A DNA stretch of 54,471 nucleotides, the filler included, from Dirinaria sp. TL-2023a (lineage: Eukaryota), in the NCBI GenBank assembly GCA_051941275.1. It is 2 parts of 2 records of this genome, joined end to end, with 100 filler letters (N's around TTAATTAATTAA, not from the genome) between each part and the next. Parts side by side here need not be neighbours in the genome. Positions count along the whole stretch, not along the records: positions 1 to 27,192 come from JAVEBF010000147.1; 1 more part is not named here. One strand, written 5' to 3'. Both the position numbers and the translations under genes were made by a program. The stretch's first letter is position 1. Each line of letters starts with the position of its first letter. Under the pieces are notes generated by a model that searched no databases, was not told where the DNA came from, and saw only the letters and a program-made list of their open reading frames with translations. Of the stretch, positions 13,791 to 24,548 are shown piece after piece.

Positions 13791-14829
13791 GTTCTGAAGC
13801 AGCGTTGAGTGAATTATTTCATAGAGACCTACGCTATCTTGGTCAAGATCTACTCATTAAGGCTTTATGGCGGCATAAGGAAAGGTGCTGATCATATCTG
13901 TATTGAGGCCCATTGACGCTAAGTGCTTTTCTCATTCGGCACGGTCTAAAACCCTTCGATTGGGCGCTGAGAACTTTCATGTCCTACGTTAGCTGTGTTG
14001 CATTCAGTGAAACGAAAGAGCATACGGTAGTGACTCCGTGGTTTTGTGATTTACATCGAGTTCGTCCTAAAATTCCATCTTTTGAAATACCAAATCACTT
14101 TTGTCCCTTTTCCACCCTATTGGCCGAAGTTGTCTCGAAGTGAAGATACATCTCTGCCTAGAACTTGTCTACACAACCACTGCTGTGTGGTATAGCCTTA
14201 GGTGATACTTTGAAGAAACTCATAGCTCCCATCTGCAAAATTCACAGGCGAATCGCGGCTGTTAGGGCTTATATATCCTGCAGATAAAAGCGTTGTGAAG
14301 CCATCTTCACGGTGCTCGCTCTATGCTGGTGTTCAATCTGGTGGAAAATTGTACAACCTTCAGCGCGAAAGAGCAATTCGCTGAGTAGGAGCAGTCATAT
14401 TTGAAGCAGAAACCAACCCAGCAGTTGACGGGACTGGCCTCGGAAGCATGAGAATCCAGAATCGTTCGGTAAGAGAGGATGTAGCGAAGACGGAAACGAT
14501 GACCACGTGCTCAATTTCAAGATGGAAGGCAGTCGAAGTGCTGACGTCTGACAAGTAGTTGCGGTTCTAGATGACCTGTCGGCTAGCAGTAGCACCTTTC
14601 AAAGCCTTTGCAATAAAGGGAAACTACAAAAGTAATTTGATAGGTGAAAAATGTAAAAGAGTAAGAGCCACTTCAATAGCAATTCGAATCTCAGTATGAT
14701 GCCCAGCAGACACGTAGTGTGAAAGATCGTAATTAGATATGTTGAAATACAAAAATGAATCTCAGATCCTTATCTTAGCACAATCTGATCTATCCGATAT
14801 ATATTTAAATTCGAGTGGAAGTTATCAGT

Positions 14830-14979
14830 AAGCGGGTAGTTTGGCCGAGTGGAAACACTCAATTGCCGACATCTTCAAGATGAACCCAAAAACCCCCATG
14901 AAGCCAAACCAATGCCGAGGGGTTTGGTAAGGTCCGCAGTTCGAATCTCGAACTTTCGGACCTGAGCTTTTGACTTTTT
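14830..14979 (+). ncRNA. Candidate RNA polymerase III transcript (~140 nt) with tRNA-type A/B boxes and four consecutive hairpins; not a canonical tRNA
   Basis: TATATATTTAAA 14798-14809; A box TGGCCGAGTGG 14842-14852; B box-like GTTCGAATC 14939-14947; T4/T5 terminators at 14968-14971 and 14975-14979. Stems: GGTAGTT/AATTGCC enclosing GAGTG-GAAA-CACTC; CATCT/AGATG; GCCAAACC/GGTTTGGT; GGTCCG/CGGACC enclosing AGTTCGA/TCGAACT. Confidence 0.65.
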
Positions 14980-16047
14980 CTTCTTTTGCTTTCTTCTAAT
15001 TCCTTTTTCTTGTTAATGCTGGCACAATGTACGGATGTTGAGTTATTTGGTGGGTGGGTAGCCTCGTAAGAGTACCATAAGAGCTGAATTTGCACACAGT
15101 CACAATCTTGGTTTTTTGGCAGGAGAGAGGGTTGGTGGCACGTGATGCGAGAAGCGAGCTTAGGGCTGCGCTAGAGGACTACGCTTTAGTACGAAGATTT
15201 ATGATGTAACATTAGAGCTTGCGAGCACCTTTCTGCTTACTATACTAATGCTTTGACTCCTCACAATTCGTTCCTATGTACATAGAAAGCGGTACCGGCA
15301 ACGAGGATCGATGGGGGATCGATAATGATGATGAAAGCATAGTTCAGCGACAAGGCATAGCAGGCCACTTAAAGGGGCTGCCGATAAAGGCGCAATGAAC
15401 GGACTAGTAGTGCTTAATTACACTCATCGTCTTTGAATTAATGTTATTAGAAGGTAGACGGAATAGATGGGTTATTAAAGAAAGGATTTGGGGAATAGGA
15501 ATAGGTATTACAGCCAGAAACGGTAAGCATGGTGGCTGCACTCAACAGTGTAGTGTGCTGGATGCAGCATTTCTGATGTCCGCCTCTGTTCGCCCTTGAA
15601 AGAAGCAAAAGATACTTTCTTACGATGATATGACCCCGCAGCAAGAAGCTTGTCTCCCTCTGAAGCGGCAACGAAGTATTTGCCTTGGGGCATCTACACT
15701 CACTACACCTGTAGAGCGTCTAAAGTGTCCATGATGGAACTACGGCTATCGTAGGTCTGATTAGTTTAGCATTTACTATTCTCGAATGCTCCTACAACAC
15801 CTGACTTTGACGAGTCCTTGCAGTGGAGATTCGGTGACGCTGCGGAAAGCCTCGGTAGTGCTCAGTCGGTGTAAGGCCGGGAATAATCGATCTTGACCAA
15901 TTAATCAAGGCCCATGCCTTGATGCCCTTCGAGGCTATGGGTACGGTAACCCAAACGGTGCATCGAGATAAACTCGTGAGGGTCACCGATTAAGTCGACC
16001 ATTCTGTGGGAGGCTTTAACGGATGAATCTCAAATTGTCTCAGTCGT

Positions 16048-16791
16048 CTACTCCATTGCCTGACCCAGCGCTACGATACTGAATTCCAAATCTTCTGATT
16101 TGGCGTGTTGCATAAATGTCCTGACGCCTAAACTCAGCGCACGATCGCTGAGTGCATCCTCCTCCGGCTTGAGACTGCCGCGATCAACGGGTCCATTCAT
16201 CCCACCATTAAGCTCCCATAGATGCCCGTCATCTGCTTTGACAAAGCAAATAAAGTGGTAGCCATTGTCTTCCTCGGGCAATGGAGCTTTGGTGTCGCCT
16301 TTTCGCGCAGCAGCCATGTGAGCGTCCTCCAGGGCTTGGGAGTTGTAGAGTAAATCTGCTCTCGGGTTTGGCCCCAATGGCAATGCTTCCTTTAGAAGTT
16401 TATCCAGATCCGAACCAGCGAGGATGTAGTCTCTTGCTCCTCCATTGCTGACAGCGTGCAGCAATCCAATGAGCCCGCATGCGTGACCTATAGTCTGCTT
16501 AAACCACATAACAGGCTCCTGCTCGCCGGAGCCTGTATACGGCTTTAAGTCAGCATCCTCTTGGTCTCGGGCTCTGTGGTAGACATTTTGCGGGCAAATA
16601 AAAAGCAACGCGTATACAGGACGTGGTAAGAACGCTAGGAATGAAGGTTCGTCTATGCTGTAAATATCATAGAAACCTAATTTCGGAGAGACGCCGAGAT
16701 GGTGGACGAGGTGGCTGAACACTTCGGGATTGTTCTCGAGTGGTATGAAGGTCTTCTTGGGAACACCGTTAGTTATGATCGTTGATGCCAT
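16048..16791 (-). CDS. Ubiquitin C-terminal hydrolase (peptidase C12, YUH1/UCH-L3-like), intronless
   Basis: FIPLENNPEVF, PRPVYALLF, FKQTIGHACG (Gln/Cys), GYHFICFVK (His), LWELNGG (Asn at the Asp position), FSIVAL C-terminus. Likely start MASTIITNG at 16791 rather than the ORF-track start at 16857. Confidence 0.92.
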   Translation of the reverse strand: MASTIITNGVPKKTFIPLENNPEVFSHLVHHLGVSPKLGFYDIYSIDEPSFLAFLPRPVYALLFICPQNVYHRARDQEDADLKPYTGSGEQEPVMWFKQTIGHACGLIGLLHAVSNGGARDYILAGSDLDKLLKEALPLGPNPRADLLYNSQALEDAHMAAARKGDTKAPLPEEDNGYHFICFVKADDGHLWELNGGMNGPVDRGSLKPEEDALSDRALSLGVRTFMQHAKSEDLEFSIVALGQAME

Positions 16792-18097
16792 AATCTTTGT
16801 CGATCGAGACTCGTTCCTGAGACATGAATATGAATGTGCTTGCACCGTGTGAGTCATAAGGTATGAGGTAGGTCGGTTCTTTATGCAAAGCCCTCAGCGA
16901 GCCCTAAGATGTGGCGCGTGGCGCGTTATGGGATTGCTCCCGAAACCAACAAGATCTCCTCATGACTCGCGAGTGTGTTTTCCGCATTCATCACTTAGAT
17001 GTCTCAGAGTCTTAGCACGGAGTTGCACCGGTGGCCGATGCTGTCCCCCCCTATTTTTTTTTTTTTTTTTTTTGCCCATTTTCAGTCTCAACAGATCTCA
17101 TGAATCAGTCCTCTATGTTCGACTGCCCTCAGATGATATCTCTAGCTTCTGCCGATGATCGAGGGAGATGAGTACTGCCATCAACAAATTGACTACCGGT
17201 AGTCACAATTCAAGAATTATCATCACTCTATCCGGAAGTATACATAGGCTACGGAACGGCTCATCATTCAGGTAGCCTACTAAAGCTTTTACCACCCAAT
17301 GAAGGGACGAAGAGGCAAACGATTCTATGCGGATTGGGGAATCCTCCGGTCAGCTCGAAGCCAAGCACTGTGAGTAATGATCAGATGTTTCTGTCTACAT
17401 TATCGTTGTTAAAGCAGCTTTCCACACCTGGAGGCTTCCCGCAGGCGCACGGAACCGAACTAGGCGCAACGAATGATACCTTGATCGCTCCGCCTAAATG
17501 CTCGTGCTACGTCTCGAAGTCCGACTTGTGGCCAGCTTGGTCATTCCTGACGTCAGCCTGTAAAGTGTCGATGTCTTCATAGGTAATTGTGATCATCACG
17601 GACTGCTTGCATGCATGGCGCTTTTCCGCTCTCGGCGGAATGTGCAAGCCACCTTCTTCGGGAACAGCTGAGGCTCACCACGCTGCTCTTGAACCTGGCT
17701 CTGCGCTATTGCCATATCAATAGAACGCAGGTAGGATGCACATCCTAGCTTCTCATGCTGCTTTAAGGGCGCAGACTTTATTATCGATGAAGCTTCTAGG
17801 CCTCGAATGAGAACCAATCGAGTTGCTTCATAGGCTTATTTATGCCGATTTGAATATGGAAAAAGGATATTGAGAGTTATGGCCATATTCACAAGGGGCA
17901 AGATCTTCAAGATCTGCCCTGCGCGAGCTTTGAGTTTCCAATATCACCGGATTCTAATCACCGCAAAGTGCCGCGGAGTCGTTGGCTTTAGTCTTTATTC
18001 TTCTTTCCCGTCCCTGTGCGTCGAACTCGCTATAAGAACACCTTCGAAGACTGTGCCATTGATCATAAAAAATTCCTAGAAGTATCTTTCACAGGCC

Positions 18098-20159
18098 ATG
18101 GAACAGCAGCATGGTTACGTGCCTCCCAAAGAGGACGCCTGGGGACCAACGCCAGCGGTCAAAAGGCTCATCATTTGTTGCGATGGGACTTGGCAGGCGT
18201 CAAATCATGCTACTCAGGAAATCCCCTCAAATGTTGCAAAGATATCGCATGCTATTTCTAAGACGTATGTTGACAAGAACAACCAAGCTGCGCCGCAGAT
18301 AGTGTACTATGATGCTGGGGTGGCGACAGCAGGCGTTCTTGACAAAGCTCTAGCTGGTGAGTCACCTTTGATTTCGCTTTTCGAAGCCCTCTGGGTCATC
18401 TCTTGTGGAGCTTTATTTTGGTAGCGCTGTGCCTCCTGCACATAGCTTGCTATGTCATTTCCATCCTGTTTTTGGTCTGAGGAAGATACTACATCATCTT
18501 GCGCTTTGGCCAATTCTACGATCTAGGCGTTCATTTTCCTTCATCCAGTACTCACTAGCCAGAAGTGCAACATCACGAACTTGACCATGTGCGCAAGCTG
18601 AGAGTAATTAGGGTACTTTGGGTCTGGGCTTGACGAAAATGTCTGCGAAGCCTACAATTTCTTAGCCAATAACTATAATCCTGGCGACGAAGTTTTCTTC
18701 TTCGGATTCTCTCGCGGCGCCTATACTGCGCGCGCCACCGCTGGCTTAGTAGCCCGTGTTGGGATTTGCCAAGATATCCAGATGCCTCGGTTCTGGGAGA
18801 TGTACAACGTCTACAAGAGTAAAGACTTTGCGACGCCGATTGAACAAACCACGTGGGGGAAGTATAATAAGGAAATTGCTGAAAAGCCTGAGAAAGACAT
18901 GAAGGAAGGAGACTGGCTGACCATCACTCCCGGAGACGATCAAATTGAACCGTATAGGGTCCGAAAAGGAGATGGAGATTCGTTCTTGTCGTATTGCCAT
19001 AAGCCAGTCAACATCAAGGTCGTGGGAGTTTTTGACACGGTCGGCTCATTGGGTTATCCAGAGAATAGATTTGTCGATGTTAGCAAATGGAACAAGCCAT
19101 ACGCTTTTCACAACACAGACTTACATCCCGGTAAGTACTCTATCCAGCCAAATTTAGATCATCTAGCTCAATAAATTCTCCCTAGAAATCGAGAATGCTT
19201 TCCACGCACTCGCTCTTGACGAACGCCGCAAACCCTTCGGTCCGACTATGTGGAACATGCCAGAGAGCAACGACCGTACGACTTTAATCCAATGCTGGTT
19301 CCCTGGCGTGCATGTCAACATTGGTGGCGGCAGCGAAGACGGTCTCAAACGTGAATCGAAAGGTGATCTAGAAACTATGGCCAACACCACATTCGCCTGG
19401 ATGGTCGATCGATGTCGGCCGTTCCTACGCTTCGAGGACAAGGTTCTTGCTCACATCATGTCCCAGTATTTCAACTCTCTCGAAAGACTTGCTGTTCGCC
19501 ATAAAGAGGCTCAGAAGAAAGATCCAAAGCTTGGGGAGGTGAACTACGGTTGGGGAGTTGGCCCCTATCAAAAAGATTTCAAAGGTTTGATGAACTACAT
19601 TTCGGGAGATCTAGTGCGCACACCCGGCCATTACCCTGCGAAGCGAGATACGAGAGAATATATTCACCCGGTTGTGTTCCACGCCCAAAAATCCCAAAAA
19701 TATGCATCTCCGGCCCTTGAGGGTTTCACTCGTATGCTCAACGGAGACGGACAAGGCCATTCTTGGGTCAAGACTTACACGCCAAAAGATGTAGAAAGCT
19801 GGAGCGAATGGGCTGGCTCACTCTTTAACCGCCGCACTGTTAAGAAGGCAGCCGAAGCTATCACTGTCACAATCCCGGAGTTCGTGATTCCAAAGATGGT
19901 GGAGCAGCAAGGACCGTATAGTCATAGGAGTTACTGGGCAAATCCCTTGGAGCGGCTTCTGATCGTCAGCAACCTATGGACTGAAGCGCAGTCGCAGCAA
20001 GCATTTGAGAGCGAGGAGCAATTCCGCAAGAGGGTCGATATTGTGAAGGAGAACAAGACGGCCAGTGAGTACTTGATGCAGCTTGATCGAGACAATCGAG
20101 GAACAAAATTCATTGGTGAAGACAAGACCTGGGGAACGCCAGTCGAGGGGGCTAAGTAA
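18098..20159 (+). CDS. DUF2235 / T6SS Tle1-like phospholipase-domain alpha/beta hydrolase (exons 18098-18356, 18612-19130, ~19186-20159)
   Basis: KRLIICCDGTW, SNVAKI, FFFGFSRGAYTAR (nucleophile Ser), VGVFDTVGSLG (Asp), AFHALALDERR, WFPGVHVNIGGG (His). Canonical GT-AG introns keep the frame. Confidence 0.92.
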
Positions 20160-20711
20160 GGTAGATTAAAGCAGATGCGAAGACTGTTGAGTAGGGCAGC
20201 GAGTCGGCTAAACAAACCATGGTAGCTCACGAAAAGCACACATAAGTTGCCATACTAATCTCAAGCATACGCTCTTTATAGACTTGTTGGTAAAACAGTA
20301 TTCTATACTTTCGTACGACCTTTTTTAAATGCTGAGTCTGATCAGAAGGAAGCTTCTCAGGCTCATACATCATAGCATAACCGATTTGTGAATTATGGGC
20401 GCTCGCAGAAGGATTTACTAGTAATCAACTGCTGTCGATTTCCAGAATTTCCATGTCTACTACACCAAGTCTTGTTTGAATATCTTCCTGCGAGTCTTTG
20501 CCAATGCCGCAAATTCAAAATCCGAATGTTTGCTGATCGAATCTACAGATAGATACAGCAAAAAAGCCCATGCATGTGCCACTCTGGCGATTTCATCTTA
20601 CAAGTCATAAAGATGATTGAGCTTGCAGCGCAGCAAGGACATCCTTTACCGACATCTCTAAAATCATAATAGAGATGCCACCTGTTGGCCGTGTATCAAT
20701 CTCACTGGACC

Positions 20712-20740
<29 letters not shown>
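20712..20740. repeat. Poly(A) tract, 29 nt
   Basis: Uninterrupted A run in intergenic DNA. A 20-nt poly(T) run also lies at 17054-17073. Confidence 0.9.
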
Positions 20741-20745
<5 letters not shown>

Positions 20746-21756
20746 TAAGAGCACAAGTCATGACTGCATTCATACTGTCGATGCTACTGAAGTATGAGCA
20801 CCATGAACACTTCGTATTCGAGGGTAATCATAACTGTCTCATTGCAGTCTAGAAGGTTAGTCAGCCATCAATTTAAGGGCATTCGTCTTGCTAAGTACCT
20901 GCAAAGGACTCCACTATCAAGCCCCCTAGTGGCGAGAACGAATATGCAATATCGACAAGCTATTCATTGATACTCCGATAATAGTTGTCCCTATTGAGAT
21001 TTGCGCAGCGTCCATTATCGATATTTGTCAAAGCCAAATTAAAATGATTGATATATGATTCTCCTACAGTACGATATTACGTACCTTGATCCAAATCGTA
21101 TTGCACTTCTGATATCTTCATCTGCGTGGAGTCAGACATGCTTTTGATGACCGCAAATTTGAGCTCGCTTAGATGAGAACAACAAGGTGGAGACTTACAA
21201 CCACATCAGATCCTAAGGAAGAGTCATGAAGCAGGAGTGTGGCATGTAAAGGATTGCAAATTTTGAAGCTTCTCGCATATGACTAAGCAGGGACTGTATA
21301 ATCGGGTTGCAGAGTCTGACCATATGTACCTCAATCTGAAAATGCATTGAACGGCTCCATACCTGAGTGTCCATTGTTCCAGCTCGCCGCTAATCCAAAT
21401 TAGGGTGATCATTTGACGTGTTGTTCCGACTTGTGAAGTCAGCGTCGTGTTCTTCATTTAGTGTGATCTCAGATACCAATTGTGATCTCCTTTCCATCAA
21501 CAAAGCGTGTGCTGAGCCTGTACAGGTCCTATCTATCTGCAACATTACTCTCTTCCTCTTCATACCATATCATGAATTCATGATTTGAGGGATCCATCTG
21601 CTCGTTCTCCGATATCTACTGGACCGACCTTCTAAGAATCTTCTTCATCTTGATGAGTCGGCTCAGTCTTGACTGAGAGCCGTGACTAAGAGCACTTCAG
21701 GCTTACCAAGCTGGAACTTCCAATTTACCACAAACACTTCGGCTACATAGTATAAG

Positions 21757-23070
21757 ATGGAATTGCCGTACGAGCTTCTGCGACAAGTGGTACAACATCT
21801 ATCCCGAAGGGATCTGAAGCAACTTCGCTCTACATGTAGACAACTAGCCGAACAGATTGTTCCCTTTCTCTTCGATTCTGTCTTTCTCTCCACTGATCCG
21901 TATGATCTTGAGCAAGCGGAGCGCGCTATCATCTCCTACAGACAGCAGATCAGGAGCGTGTTGGTGTCTGTCGTCGCTTACAACGAACTCACTCGGCTAG
22001 ATTATTATAAAAAGGTCAGACTGCAAAGGAAGAAAGGATCTTTTCATCTACCGCCTCATTCCCGTTTCGATCAGCACATGCAACATAACTACAAAAGATA
22101 TTGCACTCTGCAGAATAAATCAGCGCAGCCTGGCTGTACGTCGAAGTTGGAAGAGCTTCTTCGGATGGTAATCAACACTGCCCCTCAAATCAGTACGATC
22201 ACAATTACCCCGCGGTCACGCTTCAACGAATTGGAGTTGGCAAATTGCTGTCGCTGGAAGACTTGCCCACTACCACCAGAAGCGCATGCAATGTTTCGGA
22301 TAATGCCTCTGCACAGCTACAAGAAGATCAAATTCTTGGATCTCTCACCTTTGTTGCTCATAATCGGATCAAGCGGCGCTACAGGGCTTAGAGCAATGGT
22401 CATGGACTCATTTCCATTCTTCCAGATTTCTAATGGAACATTCGGTCGACTAGAAGGCCGCATATCTCAGGTCTCCGCCTTCTTGGCTAATTTGGCAAAA
22501 CTACGTCTCACTCTTGATTACCGCCACATCGAACAAACCAGGTTAGCAAGGCCGGGAGCCGTAGCTAGGTTCCTCTCTCAAGCACGGAATCTCGAATGTT
22601 TGTATCTCGAGAACTTCTCCCACAGGAGCGACATTTACCCGACTGAGCCCAATAGACTCCGAGACCTTGGAGTGTGTCAGCTACCGAAGTTGCGCGTTCT
22701 CATCCTCAGACAAGGCGAGATGTCAGGGGATGAAATACTGCGCTCCCTCAAGACACTACCGCGGCTCAAGCACCTTGTGCTAGAATATTGCGCTTTGGAA
22801 GGATACCTGTGGAAAGTGCTCATTGAGAAAATCAAAATGCAGCACCACTTGGAAAGCCTTCGATTGTGTTTCATCAGAGGCTACGCGCTTCTGGAATGGC
22901 CCTATGTGGACTACTGCGGCGAAGTCAAACGGTACCTGGTCGGTGACGGGCCCAACCCGTTCAGTAAAGAGGAACTGGCCAAAACCGTCTTGAAAAGATC
23001 CAAATTTGTAGAACTTACAGGTGACTCGGATCCATCCTTCGCAGAAGAGTGCTATCAGAGGCATTTTTGA
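21757..23070 (+). CDS. F-box protein with LRR-like C-terminal region, intronless (437 aa)
   Basis: N-terminal LPYELLRQVVQHLSRRDLKQLRSTCRQL F-box pattern. Repeated LxxLxL units (LAKLRLTL, LECLYL, LPKLRVLIL, LKHLVL, LESLRL). Confidence 0.8.
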   Translation: MELPYELLRQVVQHLSRRDLKQLRSTCRQLAEQIVPFLFDSVFLSTDPYDLEQAERAIISYRQQIRSVLVSVVAYNELTRLDYYKKVRLQRKKGSFHLPPHSRFDQHMQHNYKRYCTLQNKSAQPGCTSKLEELLRMVINTAPQISTITITPRSRFNELELANCCRWKTCPLPPEAHAMFRIMPLHSYKKIKFLDLSPLLLIIGSSGATGLRAMVMDSFPFFQISNGTFGRLEGRISQVSAFLANLAKLRLTLDYRHIEQTRLARPGAVARFLSQARNLECLYLENFSHRSDIYPTEPNRLRDLGVCQLPKLRVLILRQGEMSGDEILRSLKTLPRLKHLVLEYCALEGYLWKVLIEKIKMQHHLESLRLCFIRGYALLEWPYVDYCGEVKRYLVGDGPNPFSKEELAKTVLKRSKFVELTGDSDPSFAEECYQRHF

Positions 23071-24548
23071 GAGTGGAGATAGTCACCAATCGGAGGATAG
23101 TGATACACCAATCCGTCGTGCTCAGGCACATGTCGCATGGACTAATCGCGAATGATGAGAAGGCCATGAAAGCCTTGAGAATACCTTTTCGTGAAGGTGT
23201 GTAGGTGGAGGAGCAATGGGTGGATATGCGGTTGAGGAGATTTGCAAGGCTGGATCTCAAGCCCACTTTACCCCTAAATTCCCACAGATCGTTGACCTTG
23301 TTGCTTATTTAGTATCATCTCAAGCAAACTTAGTATATGCTTGCAAGATCAATGGCATAACATAAGCTTCCAATTCAAGAACCTCATTCACTGATCAGCC
23401 GTACACTGCTTGAAAGGGAATCCACAAGAGCCAGCATTCGCAATAATTATCGCCAACGATAAACCGTATCCACCCCCAGGCTACATTCATTCTCGATTTT
23501 GCAGCTTATACATACATACTTCTCAGATCCTACGTTCTTGGTCGCAGTATAAGTATGATCGTCAAGTGCAGAGTAATTGATTTTCCCTTCGATTTGCAGA
23601 AGACTGATGGGGGATCTTTAGTGTCCTACTGCCAAGCCGTAGCCTTCCTAGTCTCGTCCCGGAGAAGACCCGAATCCAGAGACCGACACCGACTCTGCCC
23701 TTCCATTGATCCTCGGACTTACCTGTGGATAGAGGCTTAGCCGGCACACTGCACCTACACGTCTGTTTGCTACGGTAAGGTAGATGTTTGCTCAACTGGT
23801 AGGTAGCTAAGGTGTTGAAACAGGTTCTCATTGGTTTGCAGGCACGAGAACCTGCAGAATTCATTATAGTAGGTCGTACGGATGTGAATAATGGTCCCCC
23901 CTTCCCTTTCTCCTCCCGCTCATCGTCATACTCTACCGAATGTTGCGGCTCGGCCACATGCATTGTTCATTAGCCTATGCCTGCTGGCAACTCGGTCGCC
24001 CTAGAGGTTCATTTGTCCGAGCTGAGGCGTTCGGCTCTGGAACTGGATGGGTTCCTCGAGCGTTTCGAATCTCAGTTTGCTCTCGGGGAGTCTTGTTACT
24101 CGTGACCGGCACGCATTGTGGCAGCGGCAAATAGCACCAATCAGGAGCCTGGAAACGTGTCAATGAGGTGCTATGAAAAGCAGCTGACGGATAGATGCAA
24201 CTTGATTCTGCACTTTGGTGCTCTCGCCACAGCGTGAAGCTGTTTCATTGCACGTACGACCTTCGAGGTAGGTCAAGCTGAGATACACTTCTCGTAAGCA
24301 GCAATGCAGGCAGTGATTCTTGAAGAGCATATCCCCGTTGTTTCGTCTTACACGAGTCTCATGTCCTTATTGCCATTTTCTAGCCTCTCTTCGATTTTCT
24401 GCCGTTAAAATCCTGTCATCGACCACGTTTCTCTAGGCCGCTTTTCTCTTAAGCAATTGCACAGTTTTGTTTCTTCTATTCATTTCATTCCGCCTTTTGC
24501 CCTTGGACGTGAAAAATACAAAGTGACTTTTCATCTCTTCGACAACTG

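Noticed and set aside
14865..14885. CATCT-TCA-AGATG hairpin read as a tRNA-Sec (UCA) anticodon arm, or the locus read as an intact tRNA-Leu(CAA)
   Set aside because: A 7-nt loop leaves only a 3-bp stem. There is no D-stem partner, the T stem lacks a base and the acceptor strands mismatch. Kept only as part of the ncRNA candidate.
17150..17850. ORF-like fragments between the UCH and DUF2235 genes (similar ones at 21200-21460, 32040-32600, 38550-39000 and 48230-48540)
   Set aside because: No recognisable motif, splice structure or length support. They may be old relics but I cannot assign them.
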